Shown one piece after another: positions 62,642-64,000 of a stretch of 64,000 nucleotides of DNA (its first letter is position 1; each line of letters begins with the position of its first letter). Below the pieces are notes generated by a model. It saw nothing but the letters and a program-made list of their open reading frames with translations, was not told the origin of the DNA and did not search any database. The stretch covers positions 130,946,001-131,010,000 of the forward strand of contig NC_086097.1 of NCBI RefSeq assembly GCF_963921235.1. The letters are read 5' to 3'. The position numbers and the translations under genes were made by a program. The stretch is from Mobula hypostoma. Lineage: Eukaryota.

Positions 62642-64000
62642 GACTCACAGGTGAAGTGTCGCCTCACCTGGAAGGACTGTTTGGGGCCCTGTAAGGTAGT
62701 GAGGGAGGCGGTGCAGGGGCAGATGTAGCACTTGTTCTGCTTGCAAGGGTAAGTGCCAGGAGGAAGATCAGTGGAGAGGGACAAATGGACAAGCAAGGAG
62801 CGATCCCTGCGGAAAGCAGAAAGTGGGAGGGGGAGGGAAATACAAGTTTGGTGGTGGGATCCCATTCGAGATGGCAGAAGCTCCGGAGAATTATGTGCTG
62901 GACGCAGAGGCTGATGGGTGGTAGGTGAAGAGAGAGGAACCTTATCCCTGGTAGGATGCCAGGAGGTTGGGGGAAGAGCAGATATGCAGGAAACGAAAGA
63001 GATGCGGTGGAGGGCAGCGTTAACGGTAGAGGAAGGGGAGCTCCTTTCTTTGAAAAAGGTGTTCTGGAATGAAAAACCTCATCCTGAGAGGAGATGTGGC
63101 AGAGACTAAGGAACTGAGAGAGCATGCATTTGTCTGTATTAATCTCTACCTATTTCTCTGTCCATATTTCTATCTGGCCTATATCCTGCTAAATCTTGAC
63201 AACCTTCTTCACTACCCACAAATGTCAATTTTTGGGCAAGTATAACGTACATTTCAAAAAAGTGTTTAACCTAAAAAAAAAGCAGCTCTTTATTCAAATG
63301 TTGTCATACAAATTTAGAACTAATTCAGAGGGGAAAAAAAATGCTTTGCATCCATGCTAGACTTTCATGCAAATATACCCAAAACCTGCTTTTGGTTTGG
63401 AGCATAAAAGGATAATTAGTCAGATAATAGAAAAATAGCTGAACTGAAAGCAATCTCAGCTTCACATCACTAGCCAAGGTGGAAAACTGATCATATTCTG
63501 TGTGAAGATGTGAACAGAAAGCACAGTTTCTAGAATCATCTCTTGTTTACAAAGGCAAATTTTCTGCAATTGCTCAGCAATTAGAATGTACAGTACTCCA
63601 GAAATTAAACAATTCTAATCATTTACAAGCACATGCCTTCATTCATTCTGGAATGCCTCCTGGCAGCATCAGAATACATTATGTGGAAGTCTGAAAACTG
63701 GCATTTCTCATTGAAATTTTCTGTTACATTCTCAGTGTAGCTAATAGCAGCAGGCCCCAACATAAACCCTATTGCTGCAATATATGACAACAGCTCTGTC
63801 GCTAGGTACACGCAATACCATCTAAAATTAGCCTGCCTGTGATGTCAGCTTAAAGCCAAAGCATTAAAGCTACAGTACTTGGTTTTGAAACCTATACAGC
63901 AAACCATTGAAACCTGGATGTCACCAACATTCTATTCACATATTAGTAGAATGATTTGTTCACTAAATATCTGTGGTTCACAAATAACATACAGAATCCT

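Larger units (their letters stand above)
61345..63120 (-). mobile_element. Penelope-like retroelement 3' portion (RT C-terminus, GIY-YIG, pLTR), interrupted by two CR1 tails
   Basis: SAFRRDRSL...PGTYPCKQNKCYICP...QGPKQSFQVRRHFTCES, then CGLLYIGE across an insertion. The pLTR at 61345-61420 matches the 17571 arm. Confidence 0.88.

Noticed and set aside
63623..63811. Possible upstream ATP9B exon (GAA ATG CCA, EMP, near 63700)
   Set aside because: The surrounding translation does not match the expected LDEMPLMMSEEGFEN-type sequence.

Overview
Eukaryotic, AT-rich vertebrate DNA. The repeat repertoire suggests a cartilaginous fish, probably a ray; this is inference. The whole window lies inside one minus-strand gene, the P4-type ATPase/flippase ATP9B. 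Five consecutive coding exons are resolved at 53021-53171, 46973-47086, 41914-42022, 39701-39759 and 24576-24627. They have GT-AG borders, splice in frame, and correspond to human exons 3-7 as I recall them. The flanking exons were not found and probably lie outside the window. The introns are packed with transposable elements: CR1 LINEs (one near full length), Rex1/Babar-type LINEs and non-autonomous derivatives, Penelope-like fragments, V-SINEs, Tigger/pogo elements, a hAT MITE and a solo LTR. Almost all ORFs in the supplied track are TE remnants or noise. Best observations: (1) a young Penelope insertion forming a 134-bp near-perfect hairpin with a 13-bp target duplication and an intact minimal hammerhead-ribozyme motif in each arm, one in the sense of the ATP9B pre-mRNA; (2) a Tigger4/Zombi-like element that looks very close to the mammalian family; (3) a 9-kb nested TE stack; (4) a Meis/Hox motif cluster that may be an intronic enhancer. 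I see no convincing wholly new protein-coding system. TE boundaries without a stated TSD/TIR are approximate, and family names come from recall, not database search.
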